Positions 39,185 to 49,252 of a stretch of 64,000 bases of DNA are shown piece by piece. Source of the DNA: Coraliomargarita sp. (GTDB lineage: Bacteria > Verrucomicrobiota > Verrucomicrobiia > Opitutales > Coraliomargaritaceae); assembly GCA_965216325.1 (NCBI GenBank), contig OZ244160.1, positions 1,056,001-1,120,000 of the forward strand, given 5' to 3'. Each line of letters begins with the position of its first letter. The first letter of the stretch is position 1. The notes below the pieces were generated by a model. It saw only the letters and a program-made list of their open reading frames with translations, had not been told where the DNA came from and made no database searches. Both the position numbers and the translations under genes were made by a program.

Positions 39185-40117
39185 ATGAAACAGATCCTAT
39201 TCACACCTATATACCAAGAACGCGTCTGGGGAGGCACCGACTTCGAGGCTAAGCTCGGGCGCCAACTGCCTGCTGATAAAGTCATCGGCGAGAGCTGGGA
39301 GATCGTCGATCGCCCAGAGGCACAGTCTACCACCAGTACGGGAAAAACAATTCGCGAGCTGATTGCAGCGAATCCTGTGGGCATCATGGGGGATGACTGG
39401 GACGCAGCCCGCCCATTCCCAATCTTGGTCAAATGGCTCGATTGCCAGGAGAAGCTGAGTCTTCAAGTGCACCCGCCGGCAGACATCGCACCGAGCCTGA
39501 ATGGTGAGCCTAAAACCGAGAATTGGTATATTGCTGATGCAACCGATGATGCGACACTTATGGCAGGCCTTAAGCACGGTGTGACACGTGAAGATTTTGA
39601 GACTGCGTTGAAGAACAACGAACTGGAGCCCCTTGTGCACCAAATTTCGGTTTCTGCAGGTGAATCAATTTTCATCCCGAGTGGACGCATCCACGCAATT
39701 GGAGGTGGCAACCTGATTTTGGAGATTCAGCAAAACTCGGACACCACATACCGCGTCTACGACTGGGGGCGTGTTGGCCTAGATGGCGCTCCTCGTGAAT
39801 TGCACATCGAAGAGTCGCTGAAGAGTTCCGATTTCAATGACTTTGAGCCTGACACCCTGAAGCCTACCGGTGAATCGCAGCTTCTTGCTGAGAGTGATGT
39901 GTTCAATCTTCGCAAGGTCTGCCTGTCTGCTGGCGAGACACTGGAGTTTGCCGCCGGAGAGCCCAAAATCTTGAGCGTAGTGGTTGGTAGTCTGACCGAA
40001 ACGGATGGTGATCAACTGAACAAGGGTGATAATGCCCTACTCCCTGCTTCAGAGTCGTTCAGCTACACCGCTAAAGCGGACTGCGAGCTGTTGGTGACAG
40101 ATCGGTTCAATCGCTAG
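39185..40117 (+). CDS. manA: Type I phosphomannose isomerase
   Basis: RVWGG, IGESWE, LSLQVHP, KTENWY, IHAIG, EIQQNSDTTYRVYDW. Confidence 0.92.
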   Translation: MKQILFTPIYQERVWGGTDFEAKLGRQLPADKVIGESWEIVDRPEAQSTTSTGKTIRELIAANPVGIMGDDWDAARPFPILVKWLDCQEKLSLQVHPPADIAPSLNGEPKTENWYIADATDDATLMAGLKHGVTREDFETALKNNELEPLVHQISVSAGESIFIPSGRIHAIGGGNLILEIQQNSDTTYRVYDWGRVGLDGAPRELHIEESLKSSDFNDFEPDTLKPTGESQLLAESDVFNLRKVCLSAGETLEFAAGEPKILSVVVGSLTETDGDQLNKGDNALLPASESFSYTAKADCELLVTDRFNR

Positions 40118-40138
40118 TCATTCAGCGCTTTGTTTATC

Positions 40139-40167
40139 AGCCGTCTCCTGTGTGAGACGGCTTTTTT
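40139..40167 (+). terminator. manA intrinsic terminator, target of the IIC intron
   Basis: AGCCGTCTC-loop-GAGACGGCTTTTTT. Confidence 0.9.
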
Positions 40168-40169
40168 GT

Positions 40170-42083
40170 GTGCGCCCGGCAGGGCGCACTTACTCGACAG
40201 TGATTATTAATGGAAATTGATGAAAGTCTGTTACTCGCCCGGCAAGGGGAAGAGTTAGCCGAAGGGCAACTGCGGCATCGCGAGGTGTTCGTGGGAAGGA
40301 AGCCTATGGCAAAGCACTGGCCTGACGAACAGGAATCGCATAAGAGGCGTTTGCGTTGGATGAGGAGGCACAGAACTTCAAAGTCCGAAACTTGCCCGGA
40401 AAGCGCAGGCGTATATGCGGCAGGCATAAGTGTGACGGTAAGTGCGCATTACCCGGGGAGGTCTCTGAACATGCTACTGGCTACCAGTGTCGCGAGGCAC
40501 TGGGATGTGTTTAGAGAAGTCAGCCGAGATCATAGTAGCCTGCACAGGTCGCGGGCGAAGGATCGAACCGAAGAACGACAACAAGGACTGAGACCATGAG
40601 CGAGAGCAGGGAAGCAGAAGCTGGCGGCACCACCCGTCAGACCCGCGTGGAAGGAACCGGACGGCATCTGGGGCGAGTCCATGCGGGCGCATCAAGCGCG
40701 CCATTGGCCTTGGAGAACCGAGTTGCTCACCAATACGACCTGATTCGACAGGTGACCGAGCGCGGCAATATCAAAGCCGCGTGGAAGAAAGTGCGCCGCA
40801 ACGGCGGCAGAGCGGGCATCGACGAGCGCGACATGGAAGCCAGCCTGGCGTATCTAAATGCGCACTGGGAGCAGATCGAATCGCAGTTGCTGACCGGGAG
40901 GTATCGTCCCCCGGCAGTGCTGCGTCTGGAGATCAAAAAGCCGGGCGGGGGCACCCGCAAGCTGGGCGTTCCCACGATCGTTGACCGTGTGTTGCAACAA
41001 GCGGCCTTGCAGATACTCAGCCCGATCTTCGACCCCCTGTTCAGCGAACACAGCTACGGGTTCCGCCCCGGACGCAGCGCAGGACAAGCGGTCGAACAGG
41101 CGCAAAAGTATCAGCACGAAGGCAAGAACTGGGTCGTGGACATGGACTTGAAGGCCTTCTTCGACGAAGTGAACCACGACCTGCTGATGGCGCGGGTGCG
41201 CCGTCATGTGAAAGACAAAGCCATGCTCAAACTGATCCGCTCCTGGCTTAAAGCTGGAGTGATGATCGGCGGGCTGGTTCAACCCACGGAGAAAGGCACG
41301 CCTCAGGGTGGGCCGCTCTCTCCACTGCTGTCCAACATCATGTTGGACGATCTGGATAAGGAACTGGAGAAGCGCGGCCATAGCTTCTGCCGCTACGCGG
41401 ACGACTGTAACATTTACGTCGCCACGCAGCGCAGCGGCGAGCGTGTGCTCGCTTCGATCACGAACTATTTGGAGACCAAACTGAAGCTGAAGGTCAACCA
41501 CCTCAAAAGCGCGGTGGATCGTCCGAGCCGCCGGATCTTCCTCGGCTACAGCTTCACTGGGGGCAAGCATAGCCGCATTCGCGTGCCCAAACAGACGACT
41601 CAAAAGATGAAGTCCAAGCTGCGGAAACTCTGCCGCAAAGGGCGCGGGCGCAACCTGCGCCGCTTCATCGCTGAGACGCTCAATCCAGTGCTACGCGGCT
41701 GGACGAACTACTTCCGCCTGAGTCAGACGAAAACCTTCGCCGGGGAACTGGACGAATGGTTGCGACATCGCTTGCGGTGCATCCTCTGGCGACAGTGGAA
41801 ACGTCCCCACACCCGCTACAGGAAGCTGGTGCAGCTTGGGCTCAGCCCCGAATGTGCACGCAAAAGCAGCTACAACGGACGCGGGGCGTGGTTTAACAGC
41901 GGAGCCTCTCACATGAACCAAGCCCTCCCACGCAAAGCCTTCACGCAAATGAAGCTCCTATCTGTCTATGATTTGCTCGAATTGATGAGAGCCGAAATCC
42001 TTCTTCGGAACCGCCGTGATACGTGAACCGCACGTCCGGTGGTGTGAGAGCTTGGAGCGGGCAACCGCTCCCGGCTACTCGAT
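40170..42083 (+). mobile_element. Group II intron, class IIC
   Basis: 5' GTGCGCCCGGC; domain V GAACCGCCG...CGGTGGTGTG; domain VI ending CTACTCGAT; starts 2 nt after a terminator U-tract. Confidence 0.93.
40596..42026 (+). CDS. ltrA: Group II intron reverse transcriptase/maturase without endonuclease domain
   Basis: RKLGVPTIVDR, SYGFRPGR, DMDLKAFFD, GTPQGGPLSP, RYADD, RGWTNYF; ends NRRDT within domain V. Confidence 0.95.
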   Translation: MSESREAEAGGTTRQTRVEGTGRHLGRVHAGASSAPLALENRVAHQYDLIRQVTERGNIKAAWKKVRRNGGRAGIDERDMEASLAYLNAHWEQIESQLLTGRYRPPAVLRLEIKKPGGGTRKLGVPTIVDRVLQQAALQILSPIFDPLFSEHSYGFRPGRSAGQAVEQAQKYQHEGKNWVVDMDLKAFFDEVNHDLLMARVRRHVKDKAMLKLIRSWLKAGVMIGGLVQPTEKGTPQGGPLSPLLSNIMLDDLDKELEKRGHSFCRYADDCNIYVATQRSGERVLASITNYLETKLKLKVNHLKSAVDRPSRRIFLGYSFTGGKHSRIRVPKQTTQKMKSKLRKLCRKGRGRNLRRFIAETLNPVLRGWTNYFRLSQTKTFAGELDEWLRHRLRCILWRQWKRPHTRYRKLVQLGLSPECARKSSYNGRGAWFNSGASHMNQALPRKAFTQMKLLSVYDLLELMRAEILLRNRRDT

Positions 42084-42371
42084 ATTCGCGGAACCAAGCG
42101 TTCCGGATTGGCGATATGGATCGCGATTACTTGCTTGGAATTCCACTTGGAAGTGGGCCTTAAAATCAATTATACACTGAATCTGATGGGTTGGATGCCC
42201 CCGTGTCATTCAGTTCGCTGATGCCGCTCCCCGCCGCCGCGCAGTGCCCCCTTCTTTGAGCCAGTCTATCAGGAAATCAACGTTTTAGCCTAGCTCAGCA
42301 CAAACGACATGGAGCAAACACAGACGCAACACGACAAAACAAGAGTGATGCCGGAGTCGTTGGATCATCAA

Positions 42372-43337
42372 TTACGCCGAAACTACGTTAATAGGCGCGT
42401 TGTCGAGATAAGCTCTCAGATTCTGTATTGCCTCAACGAGTAAGCGTCGACGCGCAGGTTCACTTGCCCATGCGATATGTGGTGTGATAAAGCAGTTCGG
42501 CGCTCCTAGTAAAAGGCACTCTTTAGACATCGGCTCGGCGGTTAAAACATCCAGCGCAGCACCACCCAGGTCCCCTGAGTGTAGCGCAGCCGCCAGATCG
42601 GATTCATCGATCAACCCTCCACGCGCAGTATTTACTAGCAATGCCCCAGGCTTCATTGTGCTAAGCCGTTTGGCATTAACAAAACCGCTCATCTCGGCGG
42701 TCTGTGGGCAGTGTAAACTCACTAGATCAGCTTCTTTGAATAGCACTTCGTTTGATACCCACTCAAACCCATCCCAGTCAGGAGCCTCTTTAGGCGTGCG
42801 TGCGGATGCGATGATACGCGCTCCGAGTGCGTGGTAAGTTGCTGCAACACGACGACCAATCGTTCCGAAACCTACGATGCCAACAGTCATGGACTCCAGC
42901 TCTAGGGGCGCGCGTTGCCAGTAGGAAAAATGCTTACTTGCAATCCAATCTCCCGAGTGGACGCTGTCACTGTGTCGCGCAACCTGATTGCACAATTCGA
43001 GGCCAAGGGCGACCGCATGTTGAGCAGTGGCGGCAGTGCCATAACCGGGAACATTGCATACAGTCAGGCTACATTCCGCAGCACATTCCATGTCGACAAT
43101 GTTGTAACCTGTCGCCAACACGCCAATAAACTTCAACTGATGTGCAGCTTTTAGCACCTCAGCACAGAGGGGCACCTTATTACTAAAGACCACCTCACAA
43201 CCTTTAATGCGCTCAGCGATGACCGAATTTTCGCTTGGAGTATGCCCATACAAGCATAGCTCGCCAAACTCTCTGAGCTCGCTCCAAGCGCTGTCGTCGA
43301 AATCGAGAGTTTCCGCATCTAAGACGGCGATCTTCAT
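42372..43337 (-). CDS. D-2-hydroxyacid dehydrogenase (glycerate dehydrogenase-like)
   Basis: ATGYNIVD, GFGTIG, SLHCP, NTARGG, TPHIAW. Confidence 0.92.
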   Translation of the reverse strand: MKIAVLDAETLDFDDSAWSELREFGELCLYGHTPSENSVIAERIKGCEVVFSNKVPLCAEVLKAAHQLKFIGVLATGYNIVDMECAAECSLTVCNVPGYGTAATAQHAVALGLELCNQVARHSDSVHSGDWIASKHFSYWQRAPLELESMTVGIVGFGTIGRRVAATYHALGARIIASARTPKEAPDWDGFEWVSNEVLFKEADLVSLHCPQTAEMSGFVNAKRLSTMKPGALLVNTARGGLIDESDLAAALHSGDLGGAALDVLTAEPMSKECLLLGAPNCFITPHIAWASEPARRRLLVEAIQNLRAYLDNAPINVVSA

Positions 43338-43340
43338 ATT

Positions 43341-43937
43341 CTACTTTAGACGCTGGATAACATCTGCTTCACGCATCTCATGGATGAGCCTATTGACATA
43401 TTTGCTCATGCCGTTGCTTGCGTTGCCAGACTCTGACTGAAATCGGGTGCGATTAAGCCAGACCGCTGCTTTGATTTCCTTAACGTAGAGTGCAGCTTCA
43501 ATAATGGCTCCAACTTGCACTTCCCAACTGTGGTGGTCTGTGCCGAAAATGCTTTCCTCTGCATGATTTCGATGCGTGTTATGATCTTGACGTGTGATTG
43601 AGAGTGCATGCGCGAAAAGCACTGCGCGATTGTCCGCCCCATAGAGGTAGGCATTCAAACTATTCGAATTGATCGACGTCATTGCCGGATATGAAATGTA
43701 AGATGCCTCAGCGTTCACGCCAGCTCGTCGCAAAGCCCGAGTCATTTGGTCCTCGAACGAAATGCGATTTGCGCCCTCGTAGGCATAACCTACCACAAGA
43801 ACTTCATAACCCTTCTTCCCTTCCCATTTCGAGTTGCCTATCGAGCCTATTGTGTCGAGAGAAACGGACGAGGTTTGGCAACCCGCCAAACCAAATACGA
43901 AAACAATCAGTAGAATTAGTGGAGGTACGGATTTCAT
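43341..43937 (-). CDS. Hypothetical lipoprotein
   Basis: LAGC lipobox after a hydrophobic stretch; start at ATG 43937. Confidence 0.7.
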   Translation of the reverse strand: MKSVPPLILLIVFVFGLAGCQTSSVSLDTIGSIGNSKWEGKKGYEVLVVGYAYEGANRISFEDQMTRALRRAGVNAEASYISYPAMTSINSNSLNAYLYGADNRAVLFAHALSITRQDHNTHRNHAEESIFGTDHHSWEVQVGAIIEAALYVKEIKAAVWLNRTRFQSESGNASNGMSKYVNRLIHEMREADVIQRLK

Positions 43938-44032
43938 TGGTAATGGTTTGATTTCTTTAAATAGTATTAGTTCCAAACGTAATTTGATTATTTTTCACAA
44001 TCTGGCCAGAGCAATCAGGCCTTTTAAACCAA

Positions 44033-44767
44033 ATGGCACTACAGGTTTACTATCAAGATGAAGACTATGTGGTGATCGACAAGCCCTCGGGGCTACTCGT
44101 TCATCGGACAGCGCTCGATGCCTATGCAGATGAGTTCGCGGTGCAGCTACTGCGAGATCAACTGGGGCTTGAGGTCCACCCATGCCATCGTTTGGATCGC
44201 CCGACCTGCGGGGCTCTTCTTTTCGCTCTGAATAAAAAGGCTTTGGTTTACGCAAAAGAGCAATTTCTAGAGCGAACCGTAAAGAAAGTCTACCATGCTG
44301 CGGTTCGTGGCTGGCCCGAGGATCGCGGGTATATCGACTATGAACTTCGCTCCGAGGAGAACCCTGACAAAACGCACACATCGCAAACTGGGTATGATTG
44401 TATCAGTCGTAGCGAATTGCCCTACCCTGTCGGACGTTACTCAACAAGTCGTTTTGCACTGATGCGCTTAAAGCCTGAAACCGGCCGTAGGCATCAACTG
44501 CGCCGACATATGGCTCATATAAGGCACCCAATTCTGGGAGACACCACCCATGGAGATGGCGCGCAGAACCGGTTTATTCGCAAATACTTCAACTGCCACC
44601 GCTTACTTTTGCGCGCCACGAAATTGGGCTTTAAAAGTATGTCTGGCGCCGAGGTGATTGTCGACGTTGGTATGGGCGCAGGATTTGCCCCCATGCTCAG
44701 CTCGTTGAACCTAATGAATCCCGCTGAAAAAGAGCCCAGATACGGTCACGAAGATCATCAATTTTGA
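44033..44767 (+). CDS. truC: tRNA pseudouridine synthase (TruC/RluA family)
   Basis: DKPSGLLVHR, HRLDRPT, TGRRHQLRRH, PILGD.THGD. Confidence 0.85.
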   Translation: MALQVYYQDEDYVVIDKPSGLLVHRTALDAYADEFAVQLLRDQLGLEVHPCHRLDRPTCGALLFALNKKALVYAKEQFLERTVKKVYHAAVRGWPEDRGYIDYELRSEENPDKTHTSQTGYDCISRSELPYPVGRYSTSRFALMRLKPETGRRHQLRRHMAHIRHPILGDTTHGDGAQNRFIRKYFNCHRLLLRATKLGFKSMSGAEVIVDVGMGAGFAPMLSSLNLMNPAEKEPRYGHEDHQF

Positions 44768-46610
44768 TCGGCTTGCTTAAATAAGCATCCATTCCAGCCT
44801 CCAAGCATCGCTCCTCGTCCCCTGAAAGTGCATTCGCAGTGAGCGCGATGATTTTTGTATACTGGTTTTGTTCACCAACCGCGCCTTCGCGAATCGCAAG
44901 GCATGCTTCGATGCCATCCATCACTGGCATTTGTAGGTCCATCAACACCAGATCATACGGCGAATGCGTCATCTGTTCCAGTAGTAGCTTTCCATTTTGA
45001 CAGAAATCTGCGGTCCAGCCCAATCTACGGAGCATTAATTCAAGTAGTCGCTGATTCGCTAAATTATCTTCTGCCACGATGATTCGCAAAGGAAGCTCAT
45101 CTGCTGCTTTAGCTGTGTTTTCGGACTTTCGAGCGTGACTGAGTGTCGTGCCCTCCTTCGAGCCATCAGAAGGCAGATCTGTGGTATCGGCAAATGGAGA
45201 CTTTGTATCGTGCTGCATGCGAATGGAACGAACCGTCAATTCAACAAAGAACGAAGACCCGCCACCGACGACGCTTTTGGCCCAAACGCGACCATTCATT
45301 GCTTCAGATAGGCGTTTGCAAATCGCTAAGCCCAAACCTGTGCCACCATACTTACGTGTAGTGGATGAATCCGCCTGCAAGAATGGCGAAAATAGCTTAT
45401 CGAGCTGATCAGGCTCAATCCCGATGCCGGTGTCGCTCACTTCAAATTCCAACTCACATGGACCTCCAACTGTAAACGAAGAGCGACGGCTCACACGTAT
45501 CGCAACCTCGCCCGCTTCGGTAAATTTGACGGCGTTACCAATCAAGTTGATCAAGATCTGACGTAATCGAGTTTGGTCCCCCTCAATAATGCGCGGGACT
45601 TCTTTCTCGATCGAGAGTGTTAGTTGGATCCCCTTCTTAGTTGCATCGGCAAAGAACATCGAGACCAGGTCTCGCAGCAGGCGCAGTAGGTTGAACTCAT
45701 GCTGTTCGATTTCCAGATTCCCGGATTCGATCTTGGAGAAGTCCAAAATGTCGTTGATCAAGGCCATCAGCGTTTCGCCACTCTTTTTTAAATTGTCGGC
45801 GTAGTCTCGCTGCTCTTCGTCGAGCTCTGTTTGCTCAAGCATGTCGACAAAGCCGATCACACCGTTGAGTGGCGTGCGGATTTCATGGCTCATGGTCGCG
45901 AGGAAGTCACTCTTCGCACTATTTGCAATTTCAGCATTTCGTGCAGCTGCTTTAGTTTGCTCAATGGCTTCGTTCAGGCGAAGATTAAGTGCTTCAAGCT
46001 CTTCGCGAGCCATTTCAGCATCCTCCATCATACTTAATGCGACCTTACGCCCTTCTCTCAGTTCGCTCGCACGTTCCACTAGATCAGCATTTGCGCTGAC
46101 CAGCTCTTTTTCTGCACGTTTCCAGCGCTGTTCGGTCTCATTGCGTTCACTAAGCGTTAAATGCATCGTCTTGATAACCGAATCGAACTCTTTGAAATCG
46201 AACGATCTCGGCATCAATGAAGACCCTCCTTGCCTGCTCTCGGTGAAGTGATCTTCAAGCAGTTGCAGATTCCCCTCCACCATATGAGATAAGTGGCGAG
46301 CGACTAATATCGGCACGGCAACGCCGAGGCTAAGAATCGCCAAGGATAAGGTCATATCCTGAATGAATTGACGGTTCAGTTCTGCCAACCTCTCGTGACG
46401 AATCACTTCAAGCTCATCTATATGCTTCCCCGGGGATTCAGCCCCGCTCAAAATCATTTGATTAATTTGAGTCATACGAGACTCACGCTTCTCAATGTAA
46501 TCAGTGACCTTGGTGGAAGTTAGCCACCCAATAACGAGGAAAAGCACTAGCGCAATCGGCGCACCTGCATACAGCATGAAGGCTCGAGATATCGATTTTA
46601 CCTCACTCAT
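44697..46610 (-). CDS. Hybrid sensor histidine kinase with receiver domain
   Basis: 2 [32 protein letters not shown]-terminal MDLQMP receiver. Confidence 0.95.
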   Translation of the reverse strand: MSEVKSISRAFMLYAGAPIALVLFLVIGWLTSTKVTDYIEKRESRMTQINQMILSGAESPGKHIDELEVIRHERLAELNRQFIQDMTLSLAILSLGVAVPILVARHLSHMVEGNLQLLEDHFTESRQGGSSLMPRSFDFKEFDSVIKTMHLTLSERNETEQRWKRAEKELVSANADLVERASELREGRKVALSMMEDAEMAREELEALNLRLNEAIEQTKAAARNAEIANSAKSDFLATMSHEIRTPLNGVIGFVDMLEQTELDEEQRDYADNLKKSGETLMALINDILDFSKIESGNLEIEQHEFNLLRLLRDLVSMFFADATKKGIQLTLSIEKEVPRIIEGDQTRLRQILINLIGNAVKFTEAGEVAIRVSRRSSFTVGGPCELEFEVSDTGIGIEPDQLDKLFSPFLQADSSTTRKYGGTGLGLAICKRLSEAMNGRVWAKSVVGGGSSFFVELTVRSIRMQHDTKSPFADTTDLPSDGSKEGTTLSHARKSENTAKAADELPLRIIVAEDNLANQRLLELMLRRLGWTADFCQNGKLLLEQMTHSPYDLVLMDLQMPVMDGIEACLAIREGAVGEQNQYTKIIALTANALSGDEERCLEAGMDAYLSKPIKIDDLRDRIWALFQRDSLGSTS

Positions 46611-47421
46611 GTGTCTTCTTCTCCTGCTGTATTTCTGTGAGCATGTCGGCGATACGCCCTGTTTCAGCTGCAGCAGTGACTGCGTAGCGAGGAGCTTGGC
46701 CTTTCATCGCCAGCAAGCCGTTCACCTCGTTCTTCAAGTCAATGATACGTTTTTCCCGGCGGAGCATTCCCTTGCGGAAGCGATCCAGGTCTTCCATCAT
46801 TTGTTGGAGTTCCGCATATCGCTTAAAATTATCCGGCGAGCAGACTAAGCATAATTCAACAACATATCGGTCCTTAAAAAAGCGTCCCGTAGTGTTTAAG
46901 TCTAAAACATCCCCTCCCACTCGCCGACAACTCAAGCTCGTGGCCTGTTTCAAGTTGTTGCGTTTAATCCGTTCAGTAAGGCGTTCCAATTTGGATGCAT
47001 CTATACCAAGCAGCAGGTCCAACTGTTTTCCCTGTAGTTGGCGACTCGGGTCGAACCCCATTAATTGGTAAAAGCCACTACTAATCCTACCGACCATTAG
47101 GCTACTTGCGTCGTATTCGATCAAACTGATAGTCGATCTCTCGTACAAATAGTCCAGTTCACTTTCAAGGTGGGTAACGTGTTCATTACGGTCACGCTCA
47201 GCTTTCTCCAGACTCTTGAGCAGGCTGCGTTCGCGCCAAACAAACCCAGTGACCGCCAAACCGCTAAGTCCCGAAAAAATTAGAGTTGGAATCGGGGCAA
47301 CTCCAAAGCGTGAAATAACCAAACTAATTGTGGCAAAAGCAAATACCCCGGAAGCAATGGAAATAAACAGGCTAAGGCTATTGCCTGTGTGCTTCGCTGG
47401 ATTGCTTTTTGGGGGAGGCAT
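46603..47421 (-). CDS. Membrane protein with PAS-like domain and C-terminal coiled coil
   Basis: 2 TM, PAS-like segment, REKRIIDLKNEVNGLL...PRY tail; overlaps the kinase start. Confidence 0.7.
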   Translation of the reverse strand: MPPPKSNPAKHTGNSLSLFISIASGVFAFATISLVISRFGVAPIPTLIFSGLSGLAVTGFVWRERSLLKSLEKAERDRNEHVTHLESELDYLYERSTISLIEYDASSLMVGRISSGFYQLMGFDPSRQLQGKQLDLLLGIDASKLERLTERIKRNNLKQATSLSCRRVGGDVLDLNTTGRFFKDRYVVELCLVCSPDNFKRYAELQQMMEDLDRFRKGMLRREKRIIDLKNEVNGLLAMKGQAPRYAVTAAAETGRIADMLTEIQQEKKTHE

Positions 47422-47472
47422 CTTAGTTGGTTAAAACTAAGCGAACTTAGTTCAGGTCTTCTACTGCACTGC

Positions 47473-47838
47473 TTATAAATCGACTTCTGTAGCGTCTTTC
47501 CAGAGCTGTTCCAGTCGATAGAGATCACGCATGGCTTCAGTTTGAATGTGCACCATAAAGTCGAAACCATCAACAACAACCCAACCGCTGCCGACTTCCC
47601 GGTCTTCGCCGATCAATTGGACGCCATTTTCCTTCAGCGCCTTATCCAGCGCAGCTTTCATCGCTTTGATATGTGGATCGGAGGTGCCAGTCGCCAAGAC
47701 CAAGTAATCGGTTATTGAGGACTGCGCGCGCACATCGAGTACGCGAATATTTTCGGCTTTCTTATCCTCAAGTGCGGCAATTGCACAGCGGACATCGTCA
47801 AGAGTGGTACGGTTAGATTTCGGATCTTTGGAAGACAT
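47473..47838 (-). CDS. rsfS: Ribosome silencing factor
   Basis: DKKAENI.VLDV...SITDY.V.ATG, W.VVD, R..Y.LE.LW. Confidence 0.95.
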   Translation of the reverse strand: MSSKDPKSNRTTLDDVRCAIAALEDKKAENIRVLDVRAQSSITDYLVLATGTSDPHIKAMKAALDKALKENGVQLIGEDREVGSGWVVVDGFDFMVHIQTEAMRDLYRLEQLWKDATEVDL

Positions 47839-47853
47839 AGATGTAAAAACGGT

Positions 47854-48456
47854 TTATTTATAGAGCTCGTGCTTCGAAATGAAAGCCTCAACTGCGGGCG
47901 GAACCATGCCCCTGATGGGCTTGCATGCCTTTCGGCGTTCTCGCAGTGCACTGGAGCTTTCCGGCATCAGGGGCGCAATCAATTGCCGATAGTCCAGATT
48001 TGAAATTCCTGGGGCGCTCAGAGAATAGCCAGGCCGCGCAAACACCAAAAAGGTAACCAGTTCAGCAAGTCGATCTGAGTTGCGCCACTGCCCAAGTAAC
48101 TCGAACTGATCGGCACCCAGAATCCAGTAAAAGTCCGCCTCTGGAGATTGCTGGCAAAAATATTCGACGGTTTGGTAGCTGTAGCTCACACCTCCACGGA
48201 CAAGTTCATGATCAGAGATGTCGAACTGTGGCTCATTGGCAGTTGCGAGCGCCAACATTTCCAAGCGTTGAGCGTCGCTGGCAAAGGCACCATGCTGTTT
48301 GAGTGGCGATTGTGCCGCCGGAATGAAGCGCACTTGATTCAGTTTTGCCTGATCCAGGGCAGCTCGCGCAAGTGCTAGGTGTGCATTATGCACTGGATCG
48401 AAGGCTCCACCGTAAAGAGCGATTTGTTGGCGGCTTTGCCCCGAGTTCACTTGCAT
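47854..48456 (-). CDS. nadD: Nicotinate-nucleotide adenylyltransferase
   Basis: GGAFDPVHNAH, ILGAD, SSSALR. Confidence 0.95.
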   Translation of the reverse strand: MQVNSGQSRQQIALYGGAFDPVHNAHLALARAALDQAKLNQVRFIPAAQSPLKQHGAFASDAQRLEMLALATANEPQFDISDHELVRGGVSYSYQTVEYFCQQSPEADFYWILGADQFELLGQWRNSDRLAELVTFLVFARPGYSLSAPGISNLDYRQLIAPLMPESSSALRERRKACKPIRGMVPPAVEAFISKHELYK

Positions 48457-48527
48457 ATCTTTTGATCTATGTTTTCTGCTTGTCCCATTACCGACTTAAC
48501 TGCCTAAGCAAAACACCCTCGTCCAAC

Positions 48528-49196
48528 ATGCAAACTGAATCCGAAGAAGCTACCCATTGTTCTTTGGCCGAAACGCTTGAACACACCCTGAGTTCACATA
48601 ACGAAGAGGGTCCCTCGATTGGTGAGCTAACCGAAGCAGTTGGTGACAAGGGCTTTGGTCTTTTATTAATCATACTCTCGCTACCAAGCGCCCTGCCGGT
48701 CCCAGCGCCGGGCTACAGCACCCCCTTTGGTATCGCGATTGCACTGATTGCCCTCCAAATGCTCATCGGTCGCCACACTGTTTGGCTACCGGGCCGCATT
48801 ACGCGCATACGAATTGCCCCAAAAATAGCGGGTAAGATGATCGGTGCAGCGAGTAAATTTCTACGTGCGATCGAGCATCTGATCAAGCCACGCCAGCGAT
48901 GGATTCGTTCCCGTGGAGGGCAATCCGGTCTTGCGATCGTCATTTTAATCATGTCGTGCCTGATGATGTTGCCAATCCCCTTGACCAACACATTCCCTGC
49001 AATGGTTATTTTCATGATCGGGGTCGGCCTGTCCGAAGAAGACGGCCTACTTGCCATTGCAGCCTTTGGTGTCGGGCTTGGCGCCGTGGCACTGTATGGA
49101 TACATTATCTATCTGGTCCTAACGCAGGGGCCCGAAGCAGTGGAAGAGATCAAAGACTGGATCAAAGCGGCACTGTTCGGAGCCGAGACGGAGTAG
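48528..49196 (+). CDS. ExoD family exopolysaccharide synthesis protein
   Basis: KGFGLLLIILSLPSALP.P.PG.ST.FG, LPIPLTNTFP, EEDG. Confidence 0.9.
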   Translation: MQTESEEATHCSLAETLEHTLSSHNEEGPSIGELTEAVGDKGFGLLLIILSLPSALPVPAPGYSTPFGIAIALIALQMLIGRHTVWLPGRITRIRIAPKIAGKMIGAASKFLRAIEHLIKPRQRWIRSRGGQSGLAIVILIMSCLMMLPIPLTNTFPAMVIFMIGVGLSEEDGLLAIAAFGVGLGAVALYGYIIYLVLTQGPEAVEEIKDWIKAALFGAETE

Positions 49197-49252
49197 CTGT
49201 ACTCGCTAAAAGAAGTTGCAGAGCTGCATATCTCTCAGCAAGTTAGCTTTCA

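Noticed and set aside
40596..42026. Reverse transcriptase as a retron, DGR or defence RT
   Set aside because: It has a maturase domain and lies within canonical group IIC intron ends
44697..44767. 71-bp convergent overlap of truC and the kinase
   Set aside because: Both overlapping tails lie beyond the conserved domains; consistent with ordinary stop-codon drift
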